Source of the DNA: Torpedo marmorata
Taxonomy: Eukaryota
Direction: 5' to 3'
DNA: 64,000 bases
NCBI GenBank assembly: GCA_977017645.1
Contig: OZ360222.1
Coordinates: forward strand, 68,448,001-68,512,000
A program made the position numbers and the translations under genes. Shown here piece after piece: positions 61,950-64,000 of this stretch (the first letter of the stretch is position 1; each line of letters starts with the position of its first letter). A model generated the notes under the pieces. The model saw only the letters and a list, made by a program, of their open reading frames with translations, was not told the origin of the DNA and ran no database searches.

Positions 61950-63372
61950 ACTCAGCAGGTCAAACAGTGTCTTTTATGTAGCAAAGGTAGAAATACATAA
62001 CCGACGTTTCGGGCTTGAGCCCTTCATCAAAGTATGAGAAAATGCCGGCAGGCGTCCGAACAAAGGAGTGAGGGGGGAAGGGGGGTGGCAAAGGCAGGAG
62101 ATGATAGGTGGAGAAAGGAGGGAGGGGACAGCAGCAAAGAGGGGGAGGAGGGATGGCTGGGTGGGTGGAAAAAAACAGGAAGGACAGGTGAGGGGGAGGG
62201 GAAGGGAACAACAAGCAGGTTTAGTGGAAAGCAGAAAAGTCAATGTTAATGCCATCTGGCTGGAGAGTGCCAAGACGGAATATGAGATGTTGTTCCTCCA
62301 ATTTGTGGGTACTCTGGGTGGGATAGTACATGAGGCCATGGACAGACATGTGAGTGTGGGAGTGTGACCCAGAATTGAACTGGGAGGTCGCTGTTGTTGC
62401 GGACGGAGAGGAGGTGCTCAGCAAAGCGGTCTCCCAATCTACGACCGGTCTCTCCAATGTATAGAAAGCCACAAAGGGAGCACCGGATGCAGTAAATAAG
62501 TCCTCTAGATGTACAAGTGAAGTGTAGTTTCACTTGGAAGGCCTGTTTGGGGCCCTGGACCGTGGTGAGGGGGGAGGTGTGGGCGCAGCTGTTGCACCTC
62601 CTGCGGGCACAGGGGAAGGTTCCGGGGGTGCGATGGGTGGGGAGGGACGAGTGCACGAGTGAATCGTGGAGGGAGCGGTCCCTATGGAAGGCTGAGAGGG
62701 GAGGAGAAGGAAAAATGTGTCTGGTGGTGGGATCCTGCAGCAAGTGCCGGAAATTCCGGCGGATAATGTGTTGGATGCGGAGGCTGGTGGGGTGGTAGGT
62801 GAGGATGAGGGGTATTCTATGTTTGTTGCGTCTGGGGGCAGAGGGGGCCAGGGCAGATGAGCGGGAAATGGAGGAGATGCGGGTGAAGGCTGAGTTGATG
62901 GTGGTGGAGGGGAAGCCACGTTTGTGGAAAAAGGCAGACATTTCAGAAGATCTGGAGTGGAACACCTCTTCTTGGGAACAGATGCGGCGGAGGCGGAGAA
63001 ATTGAGAGAAGGGGATGGAGTCCTTGCAGGGGACAGGGTGTGATGATGTGTAGTCCAGATAGTTGTGGGAGTTGGAGGGTTTGTAGTAAATGTCGGTGGA
63101 AAGCTTGTCTCCCGAGATGGAGACAGAGAGATCCAGGAAGGGGAGAGTGTTAGCGGAGATGGACCAGGTGAGTTTGAGATCGTGGTGAAAGTTGGATGCG
63201 AAGTGGATGAAGTTGACAAGCTCATCGTGGGTGCATGAGGCAGCCCCGATGTAGTCGTCGATATACCGGAGGAAGAGATGAGGGGTCTTGCCTGTGTAGG
63301 CTTGCAGCATGGATTGCTCCACAAAGCCCACAAACAGGCAGGCGTAGCTGGGACCAATGCGGGTACCCATGG
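61950..63372 (-). mobile_element. Penelope-like element (RT C-half + GIY-YIG endonuclease + 3' pseudo-LTR)
   Basis: MGTRIGPSYA, RYIDD, LPFLD, YYKP, GLIYCIRC..C..YIGETGR.L..RF.EH; frameshift near the 3' end. Confidence 0.93.
61996..62036 (-). ncRNA. Candidate minimal hammerhead ribozyme
   Basis: Minus strand CATACT-TTGATGA-A-GGGC-TCAA-GCCC-GAAACGTC-GGTTATG; C3 replaced by U; palindromic ACGU stem III. Confidence 0.6.
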
Positions 63373-63592
63373 GGTCCCAGCTACGCCTGCCTGTTTGTGG
63401 TCCCAGCTACGCCTGCCTGTTTGTGGGTCCCAGCTACGCCTGCCTGTTTGTGTAGCCATGGGTACCCGCATGGGTCCCAGCTGCGCCTGCCTGTTTGTGT
63501 AACCATGGGTACCCGCATGGGACCCAGCTACGCCTGCCTGTTTGTGTAACCATGGGTACCCGCATGGGTCCCAGCTACGCCTGCCTGTTTGT
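63373..63592 (+). repeat. Tandem 26/47-bp repeats at the Penelope inversion junction
   Basis: Six copies of CCCAGCT(A/G)CGCCTGCCTGTTTGTG, the last three preceded by CCATGGGTACCCGCATG. Confidence 0.9.
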
Positions 63593-64000
63593 GGGCTTTG
63601 TGGAGCAATCCATGCTGCAAGCCTACACAGGCAAGACCCCTCATCTCTTCCTCCGGTATATCGACGACTACATCGGGGCTGCCTCATGCACCCACGATGA
63701 GCTTGTCAACTTCATCCACTTCGCATCCAACTTTCACCACGATCTCAAACTCACCTGGTCCATCTCCGCTAACACTCTCCCCTTCCTGGATCTCTCTGTC
63801 TCCATCTCGGGAGACAAGCTTTCCACCGACATTTACTACAAACCCTCCAACTCCCACAACTATCTGGACTACACATCCTCACACCCTGTCCCCTGCAAGG
63901 ACTCCATCCCCTTCTCTCAATTTCTCCACCTCCGCCGCATCTGTTCCCAAGATGAGGTGTTCCACTCCAGATCTTCTGAAATGTCTGCCTTTTTCCACAA
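63550..64000 (+). mobile_element. Penelope-like element, plus-strand arm (continues beyond the window)
   Basis: Almost exact reverse complement of ~62920-63372. Confidence 0.92.

Noticed and set aside
63373-63592. CRISPR-like repeat array
   Set aside because: Spacers are absent or identical, the unit is Penelope RT coding sequence, there are no cas genes, and the context is eukaryotic.
62530-63687. 385-aa minus-strand ORF and 63235-63549 mirror ORF
   Set aside because: Alternative-frame products of the GC-rich palindrome; no domain signal.

Overview
Eukaryotic, repeat-dense non-coding DNA. It is most likely a cartilaginous fish (ray/shark-like), inferred only from the repeat complement. I found no convincing host exon, tRNA gene, rRNA gene or CRISPR array. 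Most of the window is nested transposable elements: several CR1 LINE families, Rex1/Babar LINE 3' fragments, three copies of a young AT-rich L1-clade LINE, two pogo-family DD35D transposons (one apparently intact), a rearranged Tc1, a hAT MITE, a Gypsy LTR element plus a solo LTR, tRNA-derived SINEs, and Penelope-like elements. The most notable items are: (1) a five-copy ~830 bp GC-rich non-coding retroposon and a 5S-derived SINE that both carry a Rex/Babar-like 3' tail; (2) Penelope elements with a minimal hammerhead-ribozyme-like motif and fold-back mini-insertions with target-site duplications (TSDs); (3) an intact pogo/Passer-like transposon; (4) a textbook L1 twin-priming inversion within a triple nest; (5) a 5'-truncated L1 ORF2 that gained an in-frame ATG from its own TSD. 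Family names come from motif recognition, not database searches. Boundaries of old elements are approximate.
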